From Dehalococcoidia bacterium (GTDB lineage: Bacteria; Chloroflexota; Dehalococcoidia; Lucifugimonadales; VXLM01), in NCBI GenBank assembly GCA_963662435.1, contig OY759598.1:3943923-4007922 (forward strand): a stretch of 64,000 bases of DNA. Direction: 5' to 3'. The notes under the pieces were generated by a model that saw only the letters and a list, made by a program, of their open reading frames with translations, made no database searches and was not told the DNA's origin. The position numbers were made by a program, and so were the translations under genes. Below, piece by piece: positions 10,088 to 17,755 of this stretch. The first letter of the stretch is position 1; every line of letters begins with the position of its first letter.

Positions 10088-12496
10088 CTAACGCCCTGCG
10101 CCAACCAATTCCGCCTCCCGTTCCTGCTCCAGACTGTGCGCCCACTCGAACATGGACATGGATGCGGGCTGGGGCTTACCGTTCTTGCGCTTCGGCTTCA
10201 CCGGCTCCTCGGCCATGAACTCTGCCCAGGAGAACAGCGACTGCTGCGGCTCCTCGGCCTCGACGTGGTGACCGTTGCCGTTGGCTGGCAAAGGCGCGTG
10301 ACCGTTTCCGTTGGCGACATGGCCGTTGCTCGGAACAAGCTCGACCGCCGGCCCGATGCCGAAGAGGTCGTCATGGCCCCCGTATCCAGTACGGGGCAGG
10401 CTGTTGGCGTGGTGCCCGTTTCCGTTCACCTCGACCGTCTTCTGCTCGACCTCGACGACCTTCCAGCCGTCGTCTACCAGCAGTTCCTCGGCGGCGGACT
10501 CGGAGTCCCGCGCCTGGGCGAACACTTCCTCCACCGTCCCGTCGTCGGCCTCTTCACCGTCTCTACTGACGATCTTGCGGGCCAGGGCCATCATCATGTC
10601 GTCGCCGTCGTCTCCGAATGCGGCCAGCCCGTCCTCCGGCAGTTCCCCCTCGACGGCCAGGGAGCTTTGCAGCTTCTTCGCCACCAGCTTCAGGGCGTCC
10701 GCTTGGAGGGTGTTCCCGTAGCTCATGTACACGACCTTCACCGGGCGGGTCTGCCCGATGCGCCAGGACCGGCGGGAAGCCTGCCTCATCACGTAGACGC
10801 TGTAATCAACTTCCCCCCAGCAGATTGTTGGGAAGTCGATCAAGTCGAGGCCGGTCTGCACCAACCTGGGGTGGCAGATGAGGACATCTATGCCCTCCTT
10901 GACCCTGTCCGCCACCCACTTCTCCCTCTTGTCGGGAGCCACGGCGTCGGCCTTCATCACCGCCACCCGGAACCCGTGCCGGGTCAGGATGTCGTCCATC
11001 CGCTCCGTCACATCCCTGGTGCCGGTGTGGGTGACGTAGACCAGCACCCGCCTTCCCTCCAAACGCTCGGCGGCCACTAGGTCGATGAGCGCCTTCTCCT
11101 TGGGGTACAGCTTCTCCTCCGAAAGCGGCGGCACCTGTACGATGACGTCGCCCGACCTGGGGTCGAAGACCGTCTCCCCCTTGGTGCACCCGTCGGGGAA
11201 GGCGAGCAAGGTTTGCAGGTAGGTTGCGAGCAGCCGCTTGGAGCCGGACTTGAGGGCCTCGGCCAGTTCCTTGCGCAGCTCCTCGAACACGGTGTCGTAG
11301 GCTGAGCGCTGCGAATAGCCCGTCGAGTCCTCCTCCGAGTCCATCGAGGAAAGCAGTATCTGCTCCTCGTAGGGAGGCAGCCCTGATGCCACGTCGGAGA
11401 GTCTGAGGAACACGGTGTTGTGGATGAGGTGGAACAGCGCCGATGGCACGAGTCCGGGCCGCTCCCTGGTCACCTTGCGGTACTTGCGGCGTCTGCTGCT
11501 TCTGCCGTCCTCCACCGCGTCGTCGTCGGGCTTGCCGATGGAGTGCTCCTCGAAGCCGTACCGCTGTATCCAGCGATGCTCGTCCGACCTCTCGAACTCA
11601 GTCCTGATCTCAGGTGAGAAGCGGTAGAGCAGGTGGAACAATGTACTTGCATACCCTCCCATCATCGTGCCGGTAAGGCTGAGGGACTTGCCGCAGGCGT
11701 CTGCGAGGACGCCGGCGGCGATTCCCTGGGCGGAGCCTCGCCCCTTGAACTCGTGGCACTCGTCGAAGACGCAGAGGTCGAAGAACCCCTTCATCCTGTG
11801 CTTGATGTAATCGGCCAATGGATAGCGCTTGGGGCCGGACTTGTCGGCCTGCCAGAGGGGAGAGCCGCAGTCTGAGCAGGTGCGCTTTCTGCGGTTCAGG
11901 TCGGCGTCTGTGAGGGGCACCCCGTCCTTGTCCACCACCTGCGCCGTGCAGTCGGGGCAGCAGGGGACCTGGAACGGCTCACCCGTCTCCTCATCCCTGA
12001 CTAGTCTGCCCCTGGAGGTGGCCCACCGGTAGGTGACGGCGGCCTTCCAGCGGTAGGAGAGCTTTGCTCTTTCCCTGCTCATCACGGCGAAGAGGGGGCC
12101 TGAGCCTATGGAGAGCCTGAGCTTCTCCAGGTCGGTGATGGAGGTGACGACGGCGGCCCTGGCCAGGGGAACCGTCTGCTCCACCTCCCGCTTCCACTTG
12201 CCGGTCAGGTGGGGAGGGCAGATGATGAGCACCCGCTCAAAGCCCGCCATGTACGCGGCTGCGGCTCCAATGAAGGTTTTTCCGGTGCCCATTTCGCCCA
12301 CAACGGTGGTGCCCCGTTGGGTTCCGAGAGAGAGGGCCGCGCCCCTGATGGCGTCGGCCTGCGCTCCCAGGGGAGTCCTGAGCAGGCGGGGGAGGTCGCC
12401 GCCGTTCTCCGAGGGCCGGTACAGCGGCGGGTAGGACTCCACCACCCGCTGGGCGATGGCGTCTTTGAAGGTGTCTATGAAGTCTCCGAGGTTCAT
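10088..12496 (-). CDS. SF2 (DEAD/SNF2-like) helicase with zinc-ribbon insertion
   Basis: Walker A GEMGTGKT, motif II DECH, motif III LTGT, GLDL and QASRRSWRIGQ; CCPDC...CSDC insertion. AGGAGG lies upstream of ATG 12496. Confidence 0.9.
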   Translation of the reverse strand: MNLGDFIDTFKDAIAQRVVESYPPLYRPSENGGDLPRLLRTPLGAQADAIRGAALSLGTQRGTTVVGEMGTGKTFIGAAAAYMAGFERVLIICPPHLTGKWKREVEQTVPLARAAVVTSITDLEKLRLSIGSGPLFAVMSRERAKLSYRWKAAVTYRWATSRGRLVRDEETGEPFQVPCCPDCTAQVVDKDGVPLTDADLNRRKRTCSDCGSPLWQADKSGPKRYPLADYIKHRMKGFFDLCVFDECHEFKGRGSAQGIAAGVLADACGKSLSLTGTMMGGYASTLFHLLYRFSPEIRTEFERSDEHRWIQRYGFEEHSIGKPDDDAVEDGRSSRRRKYRKVTRERPGLVPSALFHLIHNTVFLRLSDVASGLPPYEEQILLSSMDSEEDSTGYSQRSAYDTVFEELRKELAEALKSGSKRLLATYLQTLLAFPDGCTKGETVFDPRSGDVIVQVPPLSEEKLYPKEKALIDLVAAERLEGRRVLVYVTHTGTRDVTERMDDILTRHGFRVAVMKADAVAPDKREKWVADRVKEGIDVLICHPRLVQTGLDLIDFPTICWGEVDYSVYVMRQASRRSWRIGQTRPVKVVYMSYGNTLQADALKLVAKKLQSSLAVEGELPEDGLAAFGDDGDDMMMALARKIVSRDGEEADDGTVEEVFAQARDSESAAEELLVDDGWKVVEVEQKTVEVNGNGHHANSLPRTGYGGHDDLFGIGPAVELVPSNGHVANGNGHAPLPANGNGHHVEAEEPQQSLFSWAEFMAEEPVKPKRKNGKPQPASMSMFEWAHSLEQEREAELVGAGR
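10377..10402. repeat. Short palindromic element CCCCGTA-N5-TACGGGG inserted in frame in the helicase
   Basis: CCCCCGTATCCAGTACGGGGCAGGCT; related copies at 14977 and 33638. Confidence 0.7.
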
Positions 12497-12683
12497 GGTG
12501 TCGTCCTCCTGTGCTTGGTGGGCCGGAGGACGACGCCGGGACCCAAGACGCACCACGCCCCCGACGGGGAACGTTGCTGAGTGCTCAGGTGTCCCGGCAA
12601 CGCCCCCAGGCGACTGCTTGGATGTGCGAGGCACCGTCCTGTGGCGGGCCTCGTTGTGTGTGGCTCTGTGGGAGCCGTCTTCC

Positions 12684-13598
12684 TTACGCGGCTGCCGCCT
12701 CCGGCTGGGTCAGCATGGCAGAAATGGGCGGCGTCACCACATGCTCCACCGACACCTGGCCCCTGCCGTCGTACCCGGCCCTGAACGCGTACTCCACCTT
12801 CGCTCCCCAGGGCACCCTACCTCCGGTGCGGACGGCGCCCCGGCCAGCGCCGCGCACCACCATCCCGCTCCGCTCGTCCTTCCTCCAGCCCAGCACCTTC
12901 ACCTCGGCGGGCATCACCCGCTCCCCAGACCCCGTCCGCCGGAACAGCGCCCCGTGCAGACTCCTCAGCACCCTCGCCGACGGTCTGCGCTGGCCGTTCA
13001 TGATCTGGGAGAGGTGACCGGAGCTGATCCCGGCCCGCCTCGCCGCCTCGTTCTGGCTGATACCCAGAGCGTCCATCTGGTCCCACACCACCCGCCGGTC
13101 GATGTCGGGGCACTGGGCGGGCGCGATCTTCGCCGGGGCCTGAAGCGCCGACTCCACCCTGGCCTGGAGTTTCGCCCCCATGTGCTTCTGGCCCTTGGCC
13201 ACCATGGTCATGTAGCTGGCGGAGACTCCCACCCGGTCGGCCAGCTCCTTCAAGCTCATGCCGTAGATGCGGGCGCGCTCCCGGATGAAGCTGCTTTCGC
13301 CTTCGATCTCCTCTCGCTGTCGGTAGACGATGCCCTGTCCGGGGACCTCTCCCAGGACTGCCATCGCCTTCTCGCGCAGCTTGGGAGTCCAGGGCCTCTT
13401 GCCCGTCCCGACCTGGGAGAGGTAGCTGGCGGACACGCCCATTTTCTTTGCAAGCTCCTTCATGGTGAGTCCCCGCCTCCTGGCCGCAGCCCTGAGCTCG
13501 GTCTCGGCGCCGACTGTGCGCTCTTCGGGGGCCGCCGCATTCGTCCGTATCTCCGCATCAGTGTTCCGGTTGGTCGTTGCTGTGGTTGCCGTCGTCAT
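12684..13598 (-). CDS. Protein with three tandem XRE-type HTH domains plus a beta-rich C-terminal domain
   Basis: LTMKELAKKMGVSASYLSQV, MSLKELADRVGVSASYMTMV and ISQNEAARRAGISSGHLSQI. AGGAGG lies upstream of ATG 13598. Confidence 0.9.
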   Translation of the reverse strand: MTTATTATTNRNTDAEIRTNAAAPEERTVGAETELRAAARRRGLTMKELAKKMGVSASYLSQVGTGKRPWTPKLREKAMAVLGEVPGQGIVYRQREEIEGESSFIRERARIYGMSLKELADRVGVSASYMTMVAKGQKHMGAKLQARVESALQAPAKIAPAQCPDIDRRVVWDQMDALGISQNEAARRAGISSGHLSQIMNGQRRPSARVLRSLHGALFRRTGSGERVMPAEVKVLGWRKDERSGMVVRGAGRGAVRTGGRVPWGAKVEYAFRAGYDGRGQVSVEHVVTPPISAMLTQPEAAAA

Positions 13599-14057
13599 GT
13601 CGCTTCCTCCTGAAATGAAGAGGCGGGACGGCCGCCACCGCATTGGGTGGAGACAGTCCCGCTTGAATTGATGTCCCGGCAGCCGGGACTGTCTCCGTGA
13701 GTTGTGTTGTGGCCGTGTCGCACGGCAGGTTGCGGCGTTCCCACGGGGAACGCCGTGTGCAAGGCAAGCCCCTGGATTCAGGACATGGGCAGGCCTCGTC
13801 GTGCATCGAGCACAGGTATCCCCCGTGAGTGGCGTCGAGGGGATAGACCTATGCGATGGCTGTGGGAGTTGGGTGAATAGGGAATAGGCCCGCAGGGTGA
13901 GGCGGACTGGGGGAGAGAGGGCCGGGTCGGAGACCCTCGTGGGGATTGCTATCGGGCGGAGCGCTCCGTCCGATCAACCAGGCGTAGCCCAGGCTCCTAC
14001 GGTTAGCTGAGGTTTGTGGAAGGATGCTTCTGTTCGTGATAGAGCCGAGAGCGTGCG

Positions 14058-14522
14058 CTATGATTTCATCAGCGGTCTCAGCCCCTGGAGGCTGCGCTCG
14101 GAGACCACCTTGCCGGGCCGCCAGCGCATCCCCAGCACCGCCGCGACCTCAAGCGTTCCATCGCCGTGGGGAGTGAGCGCAGAGGCGAGCCCGACCCCCT
14201 GGCAGTAGAGCATCACCCCCTTGCTTCTGAACCGCCGCTTCACGAGGTCCTTCCACTCGGAGAAGGCCCACCGGACCTCCCGCTGCGTGGCCTCCGCCAC
14301 GTCCACGCCGCCCAGTGCCGCAAGCGCACCGTCCATGTCCCCCGCCTGCCTGAGCCGTCGAGCCTCGTGGATCGCACGCGTCACGCTCGGCTCCGCCGTC
14401 TCCGTCTCGTCCCTGAAGCCCATCGCTTCGAAGAGCCGGTCCACCAGTTCCTCCAGGCTGCGCTTGGGCATCTCCACCGTGTCCATCGTCCGATTGCCTG
14501 CCGTCAATGTCGCCGTTGTCAT
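14058..14522 (-). CDS. Hypothetical protein (154 aa)
   Basis: AAGGAGG RBS, coding-like composition, same orientation as neighbours. Confidence 0.75.
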   Translation of the reverse strand: MTTATLTAGNRTMDTVEMPKRSLEELVDRLFEAMGFRDETETAEPSVTRAIHEARRLRQAGDMDGALAALGGVDVAEATQREVRWAFSEWKDLVKRRFRSKGVMLYCQGVGLASALTPHGDGTLEVAAVLGMRWRPGKVVSERSLQGLRPLMKS

Positions 14523-14585
14523 TACGCACCTCCTTGTGCATCAGCTTGTTTTGTTGCCTTTGATCCGTTGCGCCCGTTTGCGGGC

Positions 14586-14621
14586 AAAGAAGAAGGGGCC
14601 GCCCTCGGAGAGAGCGACCCC
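14586..14621 (-). terminator. Intrinsic terminator-like hairpin
   Basis: Minus strand reads GGGGTCGCTCTC-tcc-GAGGGCGGCCCC followed by TTCTTCTTT. Confidence 0.6.
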
Positions 14622-14657
14622 TGTGGTTGGTATGGGTTCTGATAAGCCCTAAGCCGG

Positions 14658-15191
14658 TCAGCGCTTGAGCCTGCGTACCGTGCGCCGTGGCAGGAACCGC
14701 CTGAGAAGCATCCAGCCAATGCCCAGCCCGATGAGGTTGAGGAAGAAGAGTTCCATGTCGAGGGTCAGCAGCGGCGCCGCAATCGTCATGACGATGACCT
14801 CGGCCACCAGCACCTTCTTGCGCTTCCACCAGGGCAGCTTCTCAGCAGCCTTGACCACCGCGTTTCTAACGGGGACGAAGGCCGTCCAGATCGGCAGGCC
14901 GATGAGCGCCTCAAGCTCGGTGACTATGACGCCGCGACCGCAGCCCCGGGTGTGACACCGCACGTCGATGCCGTTGCCCCCGTATCGGGGTACGGGGCAA
15001 GCTGGTCTCTGCCGAAACGCCAGCCCGTCCGACTGTCCGCCGTGACAGACAGCCGTCGTCGTCCAGAACCAGCCCCGGTCGAAGCTGACCCGGTGCGGCA
15101 GCAGGTCTGCTATCCGCGCCGCGCTCGGCCCGACGTACTGCTCCGTCACGTCCTGTCCTCCTTCTCCTGTCTGTGTCCGTGTTTCCTCCAT
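14658..15191 (-). CDS. Hypothetical protein with a CHC2-like Zn-binding region and two C-terminal TM helices
   Basis: AVCHGG...DVRCHTRGC, then hydrophobic VLVAEVIVMTIAAPLL and LFFLNLIGLGIGWMLL. AAGGAGG lies upstream of ATG 15191. Confidence 0.7.
   Translation of the reverse strand: MEETRTQTGEGGQDVTEQYVGPSAARIADLLPHRVSFDRGWFWTTTAVCHGGQSDGLAFRQRPACPVPRYGGNGIDVRCHTRGCGRGVIVTELEALIGLPIWTAFVPVRNAVVKAAEKLPWWKRKKVLVAEVIVMTIAAPLLTLDMELFFLNLIGLGIGWMLLRRFLPRRTVRRLKR
14977..15003. repeat. Second in-frame copy of the CCCCGTA-N-TACGGGG palindromic element
   Basis: CCCCCGTATCGGGGTACGGGGCAAGCT, encoding ACPVPRYG on the minus strand. Confidence 0.7.
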
Positions 15192-15455
15192 GCCGATGTA
15201 CCTCCTTACTGAGTGTGTTGCCGTTGACTCTGTGAATCCGTGGTGCCGTTCCAATGATGCCCGCAGTCCGACCATGAGCCGAACAGGGGGGAGCCGGACT
15301 GCGCAGAACGGCAGACCGGCGCGTATCGAAGCTGCGGTACGGCTGCGTGCCAGCCATCCCGCAGACGTGTTGAGTCAGCCGGAGCGACAGACGCACTTCG
15401 GCTGACCGGGTGAGGACGAGGCGCACAACGCACTATGTCCCCTGGGTCCAACGGC

Positions 15456-15660
15456 GAGGCGATCAACCTCAGCCGTCAGACCGGTGTCCAGCGACCGAAG
15501 CGATCAACTCCGCATCGCCGGACGTGTGCCCTGCGGGTGAAGGACCAACGTCAAACTTCCACCGCCGGACTGAGACCGAGGACGGAGGCCCTTGCGTCAA
15601 CTCCGTCGAATCGGCCCGCGCTGGTTGCGAAGGACCAACGTCGAACTCCGCATCGCCAGC
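15456..15660. repeat. Array of five degenerate direct repeats with 41-46 bp period
   Basis: Units start at 15456, 15497, 15539, 15585 and 15629. Exact shared blocks are GAAGGACCAACGTC (15539, 15629), AACTCCGCATCGCC (15506, 15644), GCGATCAAC (15459, 15500) and CGCCGGAC (15516, 15563). Confidence 0.7.
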
Positions 15661-15839
15661 ATTCCCTCTTGGGCAAAGCCCGTGCAACAGGGATCACGCA
15701 CCCAGGTTTCTATGGTCGGAAACCTTGGAAAAAGCCAAACAGTGAGGTCATTATCGGCGATCCTCGACCCCCAAAAGACCCCCTGCGTGCCACCACCCGG
15801 CAAATGGCTTCAGTTTTCACTCTGTCGCAATGCAACGCA

Positions 15840-16697
15840 CTACTGCGAGGGCAGCCACCACCTCAGCGTGAGCGCCCGCCACACCTTGGACACGATCTCG
15901 CTCCTGGCCCGCGCTCTCCGCGTGTCGAAGAGCGCCGTCCTGCGCCAGCTGACCTGGCCGCTGCGGTCGAGGCCGTGCAAAGGCTGCTTCTCCGGGGGAA
16001 GCGTCATCCCGTGCTCTTCAAGCAGCGCAAGCTCCATCTCCAGCAGGCGCTCCCGCTGGACGAGCCACTCAAGGCCCTTCCCGTCATTGGGGTGAGATTC
16101 CTTCAACTCCCGCCACTGGACGACCAGAGGCCAGGCTTCTCCGAAGACCTCCTTGTCATCATCGGCAGGCTCAAGGGTCACCAGGTCTGGGTGCTCGCGT
16201 CGCATCGGGGGCCTTGGCGGAGGACTTCCGTCCCGCCGTGACGTACCACCTTCACCTTCATCATCGCCTCGCAGGGAGGGACCGGCGCCGGCATGACCGG
16301 CCCCGGTCGTCTTCGCCCTCACGTTGCCGTCCCGCCCCAGCGCCTCGATACCGCCCTCGACCTTGGACAGACGCCTGCGCGCCTCCTTGCCCAGAGACTC
16401 CACCTCACTCTCCAACTGCTGCAACCGTTCTTCCAGCCTGTCGTTGCGCTCCCGCTGACGGGCGGCCGCCGAGCCGACACCCTCCTGCAATGCCCTCTCC
16501 AGGGCCTCTCGCACCCGCCGCGACAGCCTTCCCGTCCTCGCGCACTCGGCCACGGTGCGCTGGTCGACCTCCAGCACCCGCGCAGCTCCCTTGTGGCCTC
16601 GCTCCCGCACCAGCTCTTGCAGGAGGGTCATGAGCCGCATGTGGTACATGTTCTCCACGTCCCTGCTGTCCTCAATGCCGTGTTCCGTGGTCTTCAT
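15840..16697 (-). CDS. Hypothetical protein: N-terminal HTH-like region, coiled coil and helical C-terminal domain
   Basis: GHKGAARVLEVDQRTVA is HTH-like and RLEERLQQLESEVESL is heptad-like. Strong AAGGAGG RBS. Confidence 0.8.
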   Translation of the reverse strand: MKTTEHGIEDSRDVENMYHMRLMTLLQELVRERGHKGAARVLEVDQRTVAECARTGRLSRRVREALERALQEGVGSAAARQRERNDRLEERLQQLESEVESLGKEARRRLSKVEGGIEALGRDGNVRAKTTGAGHAGAGPSLRGDDEGEGGTSRRDGSPPPRPPMRREHPDLVTLEPADDDKEVFGEAWPLVVQWRELKESHPNDGKGLEWLVQRERLLEMELALLEEHGMTLPPEKQPLHGLDRSGQVSWRRTALFDTRRARARSEIVSKVWRALTLRWWLPSQ

Positions 16698-16772
16698 GGC
16701 AATTTCCTCCTTCTTCTGAAATTCGTTTCAGCTTTGGAATCGACTCCGCCCGATCTCCCGTCCGGCGTAACG

Positions 16773-16855
16773 CACCCCCACCTCAAGCGGGTTTTCGGGG
16801 GAGTTTTGTCATCGGGCCGTCGATTTTCCCCGGTGTAGACACCCCCACCTCAAGC
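16773..16855. promoter_or_regulatory. Two perfect 16-bp direct repeats in the divergent intergenic region
   Basis: CACCCCCACCTCAAGC at 16773-16788 and 16840-16855, each followed downstream by TTGTCAT. Confidence 0.6.
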
Positions 16856-17116
16856 CCGTTCTTGTCATTGCCAACCGAACTGGGGACTTTCAACAGATTG
16901 CTCACTGGTTACGTCCAATAGGGGCCGATTTACCCCTGTTTTAGCTACGAAATCACGACTTCGGACACCTCGTCACCAAACTCCATTTCCTGTACACCCC
17001 CAATACTGCACGAGATGCGCCTCCGATAAGAGGGCCTGCAAGGTGCCACCCTGCGAGGGGTCTTTTTTCTCGTTTGATTTGTCCACACTCTTTGCGACCG
17101 CCGCGCTCCGGTAACC

Positions 17117-17752
17117 GTGGCGAACCGCAAGGAGGTGAACGAGTTGGCGCTGAAATCGAAGCTCCGGTCCGTTAGGCGGCTCATTCCGCCGGCAATCGCG
17201 CTGCTGTTGGCGGCTCTGGTCGCCATTCCCACCGGCAACCTGGCCCTGGCCCAGGAACCTCCCGCTAACGAGATCGTCCTCGTCAACGCGGACAGAGAGC
17301 TCGTCGAGCGCAAGAAGGGCGGCGAGTTCGTCGCCCGACCCATCTTCGACCGCGAGCTTCACGACCTCTTTTACGCCGTCCGGGACGCCGACACCGGCGA
17401 CTGGATATCCGCCATGTACCGGGTCAGGGGCGGCGAGAAGAAGCGCTCCGACGGCTGGGAGTACTCCTGGGAGTATCCCAAGCTCGACGAGCAGCCCGAC
17501 CTCGACCCCGACAGGGCCTACCTGCTGGTCATGCTGGCCGTCGCGGAGGACGGCAACAGAGGCGACTTCTACGCCGTCATCCCCATCCACCAGCCGGGGC
17601 GTATCTGGGACAAGATTCTCTCCGCCCTCAACCCCGCTCGCTGGGCCAGGGCCTTCGCCGGCTGGATGATCGAGGGAGTCCACGGGACGCTGTGCGGGGT
17701 GGTTGAGCGGGCCTCGGGCGAGGACGCCGACAACTGCGGGGGCGGGAGCTAG
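17117..17752 (+). CDS. Secreted/membrane hypothetical protein, first gene of the transfer operon
   Basis: Signal-like RRLIPPAIALLLAALVAIPTGNLALA-QE. The true start is probably TTG/GTG after the AAGGAGG at ~17130. Confidence 0.75.
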   Translation: MANRKEVNELALKSKLRSVRRLIPPAIALLLAALVAIPTGNLALAQEPPANEIVLVNADRELVERKKGGEFVARPIFDRELHDLFYAVRDADTGDWISAMYRVRGGEKKRSDGWEYSWEYPKLDEQPDLDPDRAYLLVMLAVAEDGNRGDFYAVIPIHQPGRIWDKILSALNPARWARAFAGWMIEGVHGTLCGVVERASGEDADNCGGGS

Positions 17753-17755
17753 CCC

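Noticed and set aside
15456..15660. CRISPR array
   Set aside because: The repeats are too degenerate, the spacers only ~13-15 nt, and there are no cas genes in the window. Kept only as an unexplained repeat array.
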